DNA of 64,000 nucleotides from a virus: IMG/VR virus record IMGVR_UViG_3300025699_000004; one strand, given 5' to 3'. A program made the translations under genes and the position numbers. The notes beneath the pieces are model-generated. The model was given only the letters and a program-made list of their open reading frames with translations, searched no databases and was not told where the DNA came from. This document shows, piece by piece, positions 47,196-55,224 of the stretch (within the stretch, counting starts at the first letter, position 1; each line of letters starts with the position of its first letter).

Positions 47196-47225
47196 ATTAT
47201 AACACGAAGACGGGTTAATTGTCAA
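47196..47225 (-). promoter_or_regulatory. sigma70-type promoter (predicted leaderless)
   Basis: TTGACA-18 nt-TATAAT with TGn; ATG at 47189. Confidence 0.7.
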
Positions 47226-47232
47226 GTAAATA

Positions 47233-47619
47233 TTAAATATTCACGTGCCTTCGGATATCTTTAAAATTAATTTCCGATTCATCTATAAGTTTATATTCAA
47301 GAAGCTCTTTAATGGTTTCTGCAGAACATCTCTTTAAAATGTCAGATCTTTTTTCTCTAATTTTTTTTAATCTTAGTAAATTAGACGTATCACTATAAAG
47401 GATATCTTCCGAATTTGGTAATGTAGGTAATGTTTTAGCGAGCTCTTGTGTTTCTTTTGAAATTTCTGCAATAATAAGGCTAGGATCTGGAGTGGGCGTA
47501 GGGGTTGGAGTTGGATCTGGAGTGGGCGTAGGGGTTGGAGTTGGATCTGGAGTGGGCGTAGGGGTTGGAGTTGGATCTGGAGTGGGCGTAGGGGTTGGAG
47601 AAGGTCCGCTAGCTTCCAA
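47233..47619 (-). CDS. Pro/Thr-repeat protein; possibly the -1 frame extension of 47628-48695
   Basis: ([10 protein letters not shown])n; TTG start; frame is open upstream through an A9 run. Confidence 0.55.
   Translation of the reverse strand: MEASGPSPTPTPTPDPTPTPTPTPDPTPTPTPTPDPTPTPTPTPDPSLIIAEISKETQELAKTLPTLPNSEDILYSDTSNLLRLKKIREKRSDILKRCSAETIKELLEYKLIDESEINFKDIRRHVNI
47483..47600. repeat. 30-bp tandem repeat, about 3.9 copies
   Basis: Unit ggatctggagtgggcgtaggggttggagtt; encodes [10 protein letters not shown]. Confidence 0.95.
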
Positions 47620-47627
47620 TATGAATT

Positions 47628-48695
47628 CTAAGACCTCTTTGTTTGGGGCTTTTTTTTTAGGCTTGAGCTAGCACATATTATCATAATAACGGCTAGAGGA
47701 TCAAAGACCAGAACAAAAATAACGATAATGATTCGAACCGCACTTTCTGGATCTGTTTTTACATTCCATACGTCCGATATTAATTCCGCCACATATTTGA
47801 CGGGGCCAATTTCGGCTTCTAAAGATAAATTCGAGTTTTCTAATTCAAATTTTTTATTATTCAGATCGGATATCGAGAAGTAAGATCTTTTAATTGAAGA
47901 TTCTGACTCGGAAAAATCTAAAGATACTGACTCCGATTTATTTTCTGATTCAAGTTGATTTATTTTTTCTTTTATTTTTGAAATTTTTAGATCTGCATCT
48001 AGCCTTGATTTATTTGTAAAATTTTTAATCGAATCTATTTCTAGTTCTATAGATCCTCTTTCTTTTTGTTGGGAATTTTTAAGTTCTTCTATTTTGCTTT
48101 TCTTGTTTGAGAATATTCCTCCTCCAGAATTTTCGAGAGATTCTATTTGAGAGTCTAGATAAATTAATCGTTCCGTTAGTCCGTTAATTTTTTCACCGTC
48201 TTCCTTAGAGGTTTTATCCAACCTTTCGTAAATCAAACTTATATTTTTTTCTTCTCTAGATATGATTTCTTTTATATCTGATTTTTGAGAAGTCGATTTA
48301 AGGGAAGCGTTTTCAATCAATGTTTTTTGCCTTTTTATGGAATCCTCCTCTAAGGCAATTTTATTATCTATGTCTTTTATTCTATTCTGTACTGAGGATA
48401 TATCAACCGCATGCTCTATGTGAGCCTTACTGAGGAAACCAAAAATCCCCATACTGGTAATCCCCATTAGAACCAATACGGCGAAAGTTAAGTAGGTTCT
48501 TGCGAGAAATTTTATATTAGACCAATTTAAATGAGTCCATACCGCACTAACTATCTTACAGAGTTCTAGTACGGACGCCATCACTATGACTGAGATTATT
48601 GCCCCTGGAAAAATAATCCCTATCCCTATGATGCTAAAGTATGCCGCCACAATGGAAAGAATTAAAGCCGAACCTAATAATAAATAGTTTAACAT
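47628..48695 (-). CDS. membrane protein with long coiled-coil loop
   Basis: Three N-terminal TM helices, [10 protein letters not shown], coiled coil, GPVKYVAE, final TM FDPLAV. Confidence 0.75.
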   Translation of the reverse strand: MLNYLLLGSALILSIVAAYFSIIGIGIIFPGAIISVIVMASVLELCKIVSAVWTHLNWSNIKFLARTYLTFAVLVLMGITSMGIFGFLSKAHIEHAVDISSVQNRIKDIDNKIALEEDSIKRQKTLIENASLKSTSQKSDIKEIISREEKNISLIYERLDKTSKEDGEKINGLTERLIYLDSQIESLENSGGGIFSNKKSKIEELKNSQQKERGSIELEIDSIKNFTNKSRLDADLKISKIKEKINQLESENKSESVSLDFSESESSIKRSYFSISDLNNKKFELENSNLSLEAEIGPVKYVAELISDVWNVKTDPESAVRIIIVIFVLVFDPLAVIMIICASSSLKKKPQTKRS

Positions 48696-48707
48696 ATCTA
48701 ATCTATT

Positions 48708-48744
48708 TACACATATTTATAGATTTTTTTTAAAAAAAAGTGTA
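48708..48744. promoter_or_regulatory. divergent pair of GTGTA-class motifs
   Basis: TACAC at 48708-48712 (minus) and GTGTA at 48740-48744 (plus), flanking a T8A8 palindrome. Confidence 0.55.
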
Positions 48745-48753
48745 TAATAAATT

Positions 48754-49503
48754 ATGGATTTACTGTCAGAAAATTTTCAAACAGAAGGGTTGGGGGGAGG
48801 ATTTCCGTTTTTTACAAAACAAAAGTCAAATTTTATTAGGACTCAGCCTTTAACTAGCGGAAACTTTCCTGGGCTTCCAGTAACTGTTAATCATTATTGG
48901 AATTTAGCTAGTGTTGATTTTAATGCCGAAATAAAAACTGAAGATAGGCCTGCGGGGTATGAAAATTCTTATTTTAATACCTCTCAAGATTCAGATGTTG
49001 ATGGTTATAATGATTTCTCGGTCTCTTATAAGGTTTATAATCCTCACGACCAAACAGACCTACGACCCATTCACAGGATAGCTATTGATGAAACAGGACA
49101 AGAAACTAGTGTTTCTTTAAACAATAGATTTAAAATACAAGGAGATGGGAAAGATAAGACATCTTGTTATGTAGCCAAAGAGGAAAATGGGTATGTAGGG
49201 TTTTATCAACCTTTAACGATTCAACCTAAAAATACTGGAGTGTTCGTTATAACATTGGATTTAGATGTTGCTAGGTATTTCGAAAATATCGTTGGGTTTT
49301 CATCTATTCAAAGTTTCGAAATAAATCATAAGATCAATATAGGAAGTGGAGTAGCAGAGATTTCCGAAGGAGGCCAAAAACTTAGTAAAAATGACGATGT
49401 ATATATGGATTTTCCAACTTCTGGATATTTAGTTCCCCGAGAAGGCTGGAGTTTTAAAATACAAAACTCCAAAATAACTAACAATTACTACCACTATGGG
49501 TAA
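48754..49503 (+). CDS. hypothetical protein (counter-oriented, beta-rich)
   Basis: 249 aa; GTGTA 9 nt before ATG. Confidence 0.7.
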   Translation: MDLLSENFQTEGLGGGFPFFTKQKSNFIRTQPLTSGNFPGLPVTVNHYWNLASVDFNAEIKTEDRPAGYENSYFNTSQDSDVDGYNDFSVSYKVYNPHDQTDLRPIHRIAIDETGQETSVSLNNRFKIQGDGKDKTSCYVAKEENGYVGFYQPLTIQPKNTGVFVITLDLDVARYFENIVGFSSIQSFEINHKINIGSGVAEISEGGQKLSKNDDVYMDFPTSGYLVPREGWSFKIQNSKITNNYYHYG

Positions 49504-49723
49504 TATATTGATCGATTCCACTGGAGTCCATCTCTAAAATCCATTTTTCAGAATATCTACAGTATTTTTCCACAGAAATAGTTTGAAAGTTAAGTCTTTT
49601 AGCTAACCTTGTTAGTTCATGGAATTGCAAAGCTTGAACGGAGCTATCCGCCATATAATAGTGATAGTTATCAATATCTGAATGATAAACACCAGCATTA
49701 TATTTTATTCTATATTCATTCAT
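49478..49723 (-). CDS. hypothetical protein
   Basis: 81 aa; YRIKYNAG...NYHYY. Confidence 0.6.
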   Translation of the reverse strand: MNEYRIKYNAGVYHSDIDNYHYYMADSSVQALQFHELTRLAKRLNFQTISVEKYCRYSEKWILEMDSSGIDQYITHSGSNC

Positions 49724-49910
49724 TAGTATTCTTATTTAAATAAATTTTTAATAAATTTAAGTATTTTTCAACATCTACGATTTCATCTGTTATTTTTCCG
49801 CAATTACTTTTGCTGATTTTATTAACAGCATGAATCAATTCTAACGAAAGTTCGTTTAATTCTTCGACACATTTTAAGAAAATTCTTTTATCTCGTGTTG
49901 ATAATTTCAT
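49716..49910 (-). CDS. hypothetical helical protein
   Basis: 64 aa; EELNELSLELIHAVNK...DEIVDV (MazG-helix-like, weak). Confidence 0.55.
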   Translation of the reverse strand: MKLSTRDKRIFLKCVEELNELSLELIHAVNKISKSNCGKITDEIVDVEKYLNLLKIYLNKNTNE

Positions 49911-49921
49911 AATATATTCAT

Positions 49922-49950
49922 ATTATATAATAATCTTATAAAAAAGTCAA
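49922..49950 (-). promoter_or_regulatory. sigma70-type promoter
   Basis: TTGACT-17 nt-TATAAT. Confidence 0.75.
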
Positions 49951-49958
49951 TATCAAAA

Positions 49959-50399
49959 TGGTGGAGGTGGCGGGATTTGAACCCGCGTCCTGAGTGCTTT
50001 CAAGCAAGCACATCTACAAGTTTAGTTTATTTTTTTTAGAGTTACGATATAAACATCTAACTAACCATTTCAATTATTCACTCAAATTTGAGGCCCCCGA
50101 ATATTCAGTGGTACAGTTTACGAAACGGATAAACTTTTATCTGTTTTTGCAGATGTCGTCCTCGTATTTTAAATATCTGCGTCAATAAAAACGAGGGGGC
50201 AGCCTTAAGCTACCATCTCAAGCTCTTCAGCTTGCTCGAATTGTACGAGATTATCGTACTCTTCACGAGCAGCTTCAAGAAGCTCTTTAATGCTATCATA
50301 ACCTTCGCCATGTACAGCTTTGTGTCTTGATATCGGAGCCTGACACATCTCCGACTTGCAATGCGAGAATCCAACATCAGTCGAATCCAGAACACCCCC
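49959..50399 (-). ncRNA. ssrA: tmRNA (441 nt, one-piece)
   Basis: 5' GGGGGUGUUCUGGAUUCGAC; 3' GCGGGUUCAAAUCCCGCCACCUCCACCA; acceptor stem with G3-U70; encoded CCA; pk1 UCGGAG/CUCCGA plus UGUGUC/GACACA; pk2 CCUCGU/ACGAGG plus GCAGAU/AUCUGC; tag ORF 50309-50205. Confidence 0.96.
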
Positions 50400-50440
50400 C
50401 TAAAATTTCAAAAGAACAAAAACAAAAGTATTATATAGGA

Positions 50441-50737
50441 TTATAACAAAAAATCAATATTTAAACTCAAATTTTCTTTACTATGAGATGTCATCTTGTA
50501 TGGATTCTCTCCCCTTCCGATCTTTCTTTGCAAGGAGTCTACAGCCTGTTCTATAAAGTGATAGGCGATATCATTTTTTTCTATTTTCTTTAAATTTAAA
50601 TTTAAAGAATCTATCAGCTCTTTTAATTTGACTATGTCGCTAGGACTCATATATGTTCGCCTAAATAATATCTTCCAAGCTTTTGATTTCTTGATCTTTG
50701 AACTGAGGTGTCTTGAGTTTAACTGCGGGAGACTCAA
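50441..50737 (-). CDS. hypothetical protein (start uncertain, possibly MSPSD)
   Basis: ORF between tmRNA and 50661 ORF. Confidence 0.45.
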   Translation of the reverse strand: MSLPQLNSRHLSSKIKKSKAWKILFRRTYMSPSDIVKLKELIDSLNLNLKKIEKNDIAYHFIEQAVDSLQRKIGRGENPYKMTSHSKENLSLNIDFLL

Positions 50738-50888
50738 GAAAATTCTCTTTGAATTTGAGGTTTACAGTGCCTTCTGATACTACTGGTATAGAGCCTTGTA
50801 TTTTAAAAAATGTATCGTCTTCGGATTTTATCATATTTAAGTGCCCCTTGATGAATTTTAAGTCATTTGATTTTATTACTATTGCCAT
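50661..50888 (-). CDS. hypothetical protein
   Basis: 75 aa; GTGTA motif 10 nt upstream. Confidence 0.55.
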   Translation of the reverse strand: MAIVIKSNDLKFIKGHLNMIKSEDDTFFKIQGSIPVVSEGTVNLKFKENFLESPAVKLKTPQFKDQEIKSLEDII

Positions 50889-50898
50889 AAATTTTATT

Positions 50899-50903
50899 TA
50901 CAC
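50899..50903 (-). promoter_or_regulatory. GTGTA-class promoter motif
   Basis: AAGTGTAAATAAAATTTATG. Confidence 0.5.
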
Positions 50904-51965
50904 TTATATTTCGAATGCGTCTGATCTAAAATGAGGGCAACCTTCGTATTTCTTTAATACAACTTCCGAATCGGGGTGAGACTTTTGCAATTCTTCTTTT
51001 TTAAAAGAAGACGCTGCGATTTCACCCTCATCATTTAAGATTACATAATATTCAAGTGGATTTCTATGTTCGCATATGTAGCTCTTTATTTTATTTCCCT
51101 GACCATCTAAAACAAATTCTCCTTTAGATTTTTTATAACCTTGTTTGCCACACATTAACGGACCTCCGAAAGTTTTGTCTGAAGGGTAGTTTTGTTTAGC
51201 AGCTAAATTAGATTTGGCATCTTCTTCTGAGAAGTTTTCTAGATATTCTTGGATTGATGTTAATTGGTACTCAAACCCCTCAAGCTCATCTTCAGATATC
51301 CTCTCCATTTTTAAAACACCTTTTCCTGGAACGCCTAAAAGGTCTTCATCTAAAGAGAATTTTACGAAAATAAATTCCACATCAATGTCTTTATACTCAG
51401 GGAATGTTTTTTTAACAGCAAGGCAATATATTAAATTTTGAAGATTGTCTGTTATTTCCTTTCCTTTAAAAACTTGTTTGCTTGTTTTGAAATCTCTAAT
51501 TACAGCTCTCTTTTCTTGACTATAAAGAAAAAGCTTATCTATGAATCCGTATATTTTATAATCCTTACCATCTTCTTTAACATGTATGTCGAATTTTTGC
51601 TCAGAAATTGCTTCAGTAGGTGAAGTTTTGCTTCCTCCGAAAAAATCATAAAACAAACCTTTTGTGATCATCATGTCCATTAACTCCATGTTCTCATCGT
51701 CATCTATTGACAATTTTTTAGCATGTATCTTTACCAATCTAGAAACTGGCCCGTCACCATTTATCGAGCCTGATTTTATAATTTTATTATAATTTTCTGA
51801 ATGCTTTTTTTCCCCTAGTAATTCGTAGATCAAATGACAAACCGAACCTCTTTTTGATCCATCATTTCCTGTTTGAGGGACTTTAAGTTTGTAATTAGCC
51901 CAATATTTCCAACTGCAACTTTGGGCTGTTTTTATTCTACTTGCTGATAATCTTACTTCACTCAT
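50904..51965 (-). CDS. RecB/AddB-like PD-(D/E)xK exonuclease
   Basis: LSASRI...CSWKY, G...H...E, GFIDK, DFKTSK, LQ..Y. Confidence 0.8.
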   Translation of the reverse strand: MSEVRLSASRIKTAQSCSWKYWANYKLKVPQTGNDGSKRGSVCHLIYELLGEKKHSENYNKIIKSGSINGDGPVSRLVKIHAKKLSIDDDENMELMDMMITKGLFYDFFGGSKTSPTEAISEQKFDIHVKEDGKDYKIYGFIDKLFLYSQEKRAVIRDFKTSKQVFKGKEITDNLQNLIYCLAVKKTFPEYKDIDVEFIFVKFSLDEDLLGVPGKGVLKMERISEDELEGFEYQLTSIQEYLENFSEEDAKSNLAAKQNYPSDKTFGGPLMCGKQGYKKSKGEFVLDGQGNKIKSYICEHRNPLEYYVILNDEGEIAASSFKKEELQKSHPDSEVVLKKYEGCPHFRSDAFEI

Positions 51966-53022
51966 AAATTTTTATTAAATTTTTTAAATTTTTACCCATA
52001 GATTTAGGTATGTAACCCTCTTTATGTAATTTTTTGGAAAAATTAATAATCTCGTTGTCGTGCTTTTCCCTGTCAATGATCTCCATGTCTATTTGCCATT
52101 TTTTAATTTCTTCTAAATCCATATCTCCGAAATCATTTTTAGTAGGAGGGTGAATATATATCTTTTTATAATCAAAAAAACTTAAAATTTTTATAAAATT
52201 TTTACAAGAAGCCCTTTTGCCTGCGTTTGAGTTGCTATTGGAATCATCGTTTAGTGATATTATTATTTTATTAGGGTTTAAGCCTATCATGTGAGATATT
52301 AAAGAAGGAGGGAGATCTAACCCGAAAGTGCATAAAACATTTGTGTGGCCTGACTCGAAAAGTTTTAAAACATCTCCTATGCTTTCTACTAATATAATGT
52401 TTTTTGAGAAAGATTCAAACGAAAATAAATGATTTGGAAAGATCCATTTTGACTTTTGGCCAATGTGTTTCCATTTAGGTCTGTTTTTTGATTCAAATAA
52501 ATCTCTTCCAGAAAACCCATGTATTTTTTGATTCATATTAAATATAGGAAATATAAACCTTCCATTCATTTTGCCTTCAGTGGCCATCCCTCCTTTGAAT
52601 TTAGATAAAGTAGAATCAGAAATCCCTCTGTCATTATAAAATTTATAATGAGGTAGCAATTTATTTAAATATTTTTCTTCGTAAATTTTTTCCATTTTTA
52701 TTTTAGGTTCTACATTTACTCTTGATTCAAAAGAAAATGGATCTTTTTTCTTTATATAAGTGTTGACTAAATTTTGGTCAGTAGTTCCTAGCGTGATTTT
52801 TATTAATTTATCTAGGGGCATAAAGGGAGTCTGTTGAACATGATCTTTCCAGACTCCAGAATCTTTATATATCTGCAATGCAGTCTTATTATCTCCATTC
52901 CTGTAAATCGCATTAGTCTGCCAGTAAGGCCCTCTATCTGAAAGTACATAACCCAATGAAGATAACGTTTCTTTTATTTCTTCGTTATTCATTGAATAAA
53001 CTCGGTAGGCTATCCTCTCCAT
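51958..53022 (-). CDS. dnaG: DNA primase (DnaG-like TOPRIM)
   Basis: RFIFPI.N....I.GFSGR, PKWKH, ILVESIGD, K.DFGD; adjacent to helicase. Confidence 0.8.
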   Translation of the reverse strand: MERIAYRVYSMNNEEIKETLSSLGYVLSDRGPYWQTNAIYRNGDNKTALQIYKDSGVWKDHVQQTPFMPLDKLIKITLGTTDQNLVNTYIKKKDPFSFESRVNVEPKIKMEKIYEEKYLNKLLPHYKFYNDRGISDSTLSKFKGGMATEGKMNGRFIFPIFNMNQKIHGFSGRDLFESKNRPKWKHIGQKSKWIFPNHLFSFESFSKNIILVESIGDVLKLFESGHTNVLCTFGLDLPPSLISHMIGLNPNKIIISLNDDSNSNSNAGKRASCKNFIKILSFFDYKKIYIHPPTKNDFGDMDLEEIKKWQIDMEIIDREKHDNEIINFSKKLHKEGYIPKSMGKNLKNLIKIYE

Positions 53023-54502
53023 CTTGGTTAGGGCTCATTCCCTCTATTCTTAAATGATCAACTAAGTCTCTTAAGTCCCCCCTTTCGGTCATATTGAAAT
53101 TTTCAAAATCAAAATTTAAGAAATTTCTTCTTAATGATCCGTCGGCTAACCTAACTGGTTCGATTTCGCCTTGAGGGTCTTGTCCCAAATGCCTCGCTTT
53201 TAGGCATACTAATTTATGACTCCCGAAATTCAAATGTTCTGTAACCTCGGAAGGCTCTTTCCTTCTTAGTAGGAACATGTGAGAGCAAAACTGAGTAATT
53301 CTATCTGATAAAGAGACCACGGTTTCGTCTTCTACTATGTTTTCGGATTGCCTGTTCCTGCTAGTTCCGATCCTATTCATTTGAACGCTAGTAATCATTG
53401 ATATAACAGGAGAGTTTTCAAAAATAATTTCTTTTTGTATCAATTTCTTGAATTTATCCACCATTTCTCCTACTATTTGCCATTCATTCTTATTATTTCC
53501 AGATTCAAACGTTGTTTTTATGTAATCAAAACTAAAAATCATTTGGTTTCCTCTTCCGACCTTAGAATAATAAAACCTCCTAAGAACATTAACCATTTCA
53601 TCTACAGACATCCCCCCACAATTATAATAATAAAATTGTAAGTTTTTTACCTTCGGAAAAGCATTCCTGACTTTATTTACAACTTCTTCTCCTGCATTTC
53701 TCCATCTACCTGTCTCAAGTAAACTCAACGGTACTCCCGATATTGCAGCGCATTGCCTCATTTGCAACTCTTCTTTGCTCATTTCTCCGTTGTCGAAGTG
53801 AAGGACGGGGATATTATCATTTAAGCTTGATGTCTTTGAGCAAAAATCCATACAAAATTGAGTTTTACCTACCCCTGATCTAGCTACTATAACGGTTATG
53901 TTTCCTGGCCTAAGTAGCGATCCATATATTTGATGCAATCTTCTGTGAGGCCCTTCTAGGCCAAAATTATCAACAGGATTGTTTCCCCTTTCTTCTATTA
54001 ATTCTTCTAGATCGTTATATATATTTATAGGAGCTCCCCCTTCTGACTCATAAGAATTAATTATTTCATTGTAAATTTTGTCAGCAGAATCTATAATGTC
54101 TTGATAACTCTCTTTCGAGACCCTCTTCATTGCTTTATGAATCGAAGACCCCGCATTAGACAAATCTCTTCTTAGGGTTAATTTTTTAAGCTCTCTCGCT
54201 GTATCCATTACAGAATTATAAGAAACTTTTCTGAGACAAATAGATTGTATATACTCTAAAATATCGACATCATCCTCAAAGTTAATCCCTAGCGACTTAA
54301 TTTTTTCCGAAATTAATATCTCGTCTAAATTCTCCCCACTTTCAATGAAACTTCTAATTACAAAAAATAAAGATTTATTAAGCAAGCTAGACTCTGCAAA
54401 AAAATCTCTTTCCGAGATGAAGGGAGATATTTCAACAAATGAATTGGGGTTTTTTATTAACCCAGCTATCAAATGCTGTTCTAATTCGTAATTATATATC
54501 AT
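52985..54502 (-). CDS. dnaB: replicative helicase DnaB
   Basis: ELEQHLIAGL N-domain, Walker A ARSGVGKT, GEMS, FDYI, Q-x-NR. Confidence 0.9.
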   Translation of the reverse strand: MIYNYELEQHLIAGLIKNPNSFVEISPFISERDFFAESSLLNKSLFFVIRSFIESGENLDEILISEKIKSLGINFEDDVDILEYIQSICLRKVSYNSVMDTARELKKLTLRRDLSNAGSSIHKAMKRVSKESYQDIIDSADKIYNEIINSYESEGGAPINIYNDLEELIEERGNNPVDNFGLEGPHRRLHQIYGSLLRPGNITVIVARSGVGKTQFCMDFCSKTSSLNDNIPVLHFDNGEMSKEELQMRQCAAISGVPLSLLETGRWRNAGEEVVNKVRNAFPKVKNLQFYYYNCGGMSVDEMVNVLRRFYYSKVGRGNQMIFSFDYIKTTFESGNNKNEWQIVGEMVDKFKKLIQKEIIFENSPVISMITSVQMNRIGTSRNRQSENIVEDETVVSLSDRITQFCSHMFLLRRKEPSEVTEHLNFGSHKLVCLKARHLGQDPQGEIEPVRLADGSLRRNFLNFDFENFNMTERGDLRDLVDHLRIEGMSPNQDGEDSLPSLFNE

Positions 54503-54510
54503 GAATTAAC

Positions 54511-54539
54511 ATGATAGCAGAAAAATCTAGAAATGTCAA
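54511..54539 (-). promoter_or_regulatory. sigma70-type promoter of dnaB
   Basis: TTGACA-17 nt-TATCAT with TGn; ATG at 54502. Confidence 0.7.
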
Positions 54540-54544
54540 GAAGT

Positions 54545-54805
54545 TTATTGCTCCGAAGAGTCAAATGGAACTTCCCCTTCTTCTATTTCCATCAAATACC
54601 TCTCCATGGCTTTTCTTAAGCCCATATCAATTATAGGAGAGCTAGACCTACAATAAACCATTGGGTTTCCTTTGCTGTCAACGTAAGTAAGGAAGAAGCC
54701 TGAGTTGCCCTCTTCTCCGCCTGTGAAATCATAAAGTTGATCTAGGAATGTTTCTGGTATTTGGAAGTCAGAGAAATTGTCTGGGTCAAGAGGAGATTTG
54801 TTCAT
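54545..54805 (-). CDS. hypothetical protein
   Basis: 86 aa acidic. Confidence 0.65.
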   Translation of the reverse strand: MNKSPLDPDNFSDFQIPETFLDQLYDFTGGEEGNSGFFLTYVDSKGNPMVYCRSSSPIIDMGLRKAMERYLMEIEEGEVPFDSSEQ

Positions 54806-54816
54806 AATTAACTAAA

Positions 54817-55224
54817 CTAGATTACACCTAATTTCAAAAGTAAATCTTTATTTATATCATCCCCATCGTATATTTCTATATATTTTATTTCATTCTTAAT
54901 GCAGAAGTCTTGTTTTTGCTTGTCTCTTCTTAACTGATCGATATAGTTAGACTTATTTTTATTATGAAAAAAGGGGACATACTTCCTGTGCTGAGCCCCC
55001 TGGACTTCAATTGCTATTTTTTTTGTAGCATTATAAAAATCTATAGATAACCTTGTGCCTACTACTGGGAACTCTTCGAAGACGACATTATTTTTCCAGT
55101 GCGAATGCAAGGTTTGTTTTGTTTTAAATTGAACTTTACTTTTACTTTCCTTCTCCCAGTCTATCAGGTAATTCCTAAGCTTTGAGACTCTCTTTTCTCC
55201 TCCATGTAAGGTTTTGAACTTCAT
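54817..55224 (-). CDS. DUF559/Vsr-like endonuclease-fold protein
   Basis: RLSIDFY...IAIEVQGAQH...RD..K. Confidence 0.7.
   Translation of the reverse strand: MKFKTLHGGEKRVSKLRNYLIDWEKESKSKVQFKTKQTLHSHWKNNVVFEEFPVVGTRLSIDFYNATKKIAIEVQGAQHRKYVPFFHNKNKSNYIDQLRRDKQKQDFCIKNEIKYIEIYDGDDINKDLLLKLGVI

Noticed and set aside
47483-47600. Possible CRISPR array
   Set aside because: 30-bp units are contiguous with no spacers and encode in-frame Pro/Thr repeats
50210-50395. 61-aa track ORF MFWIRLMLDS...
   Set aside because: Lies wholly inside the tmRNA and in a different frame from the tag; spurious
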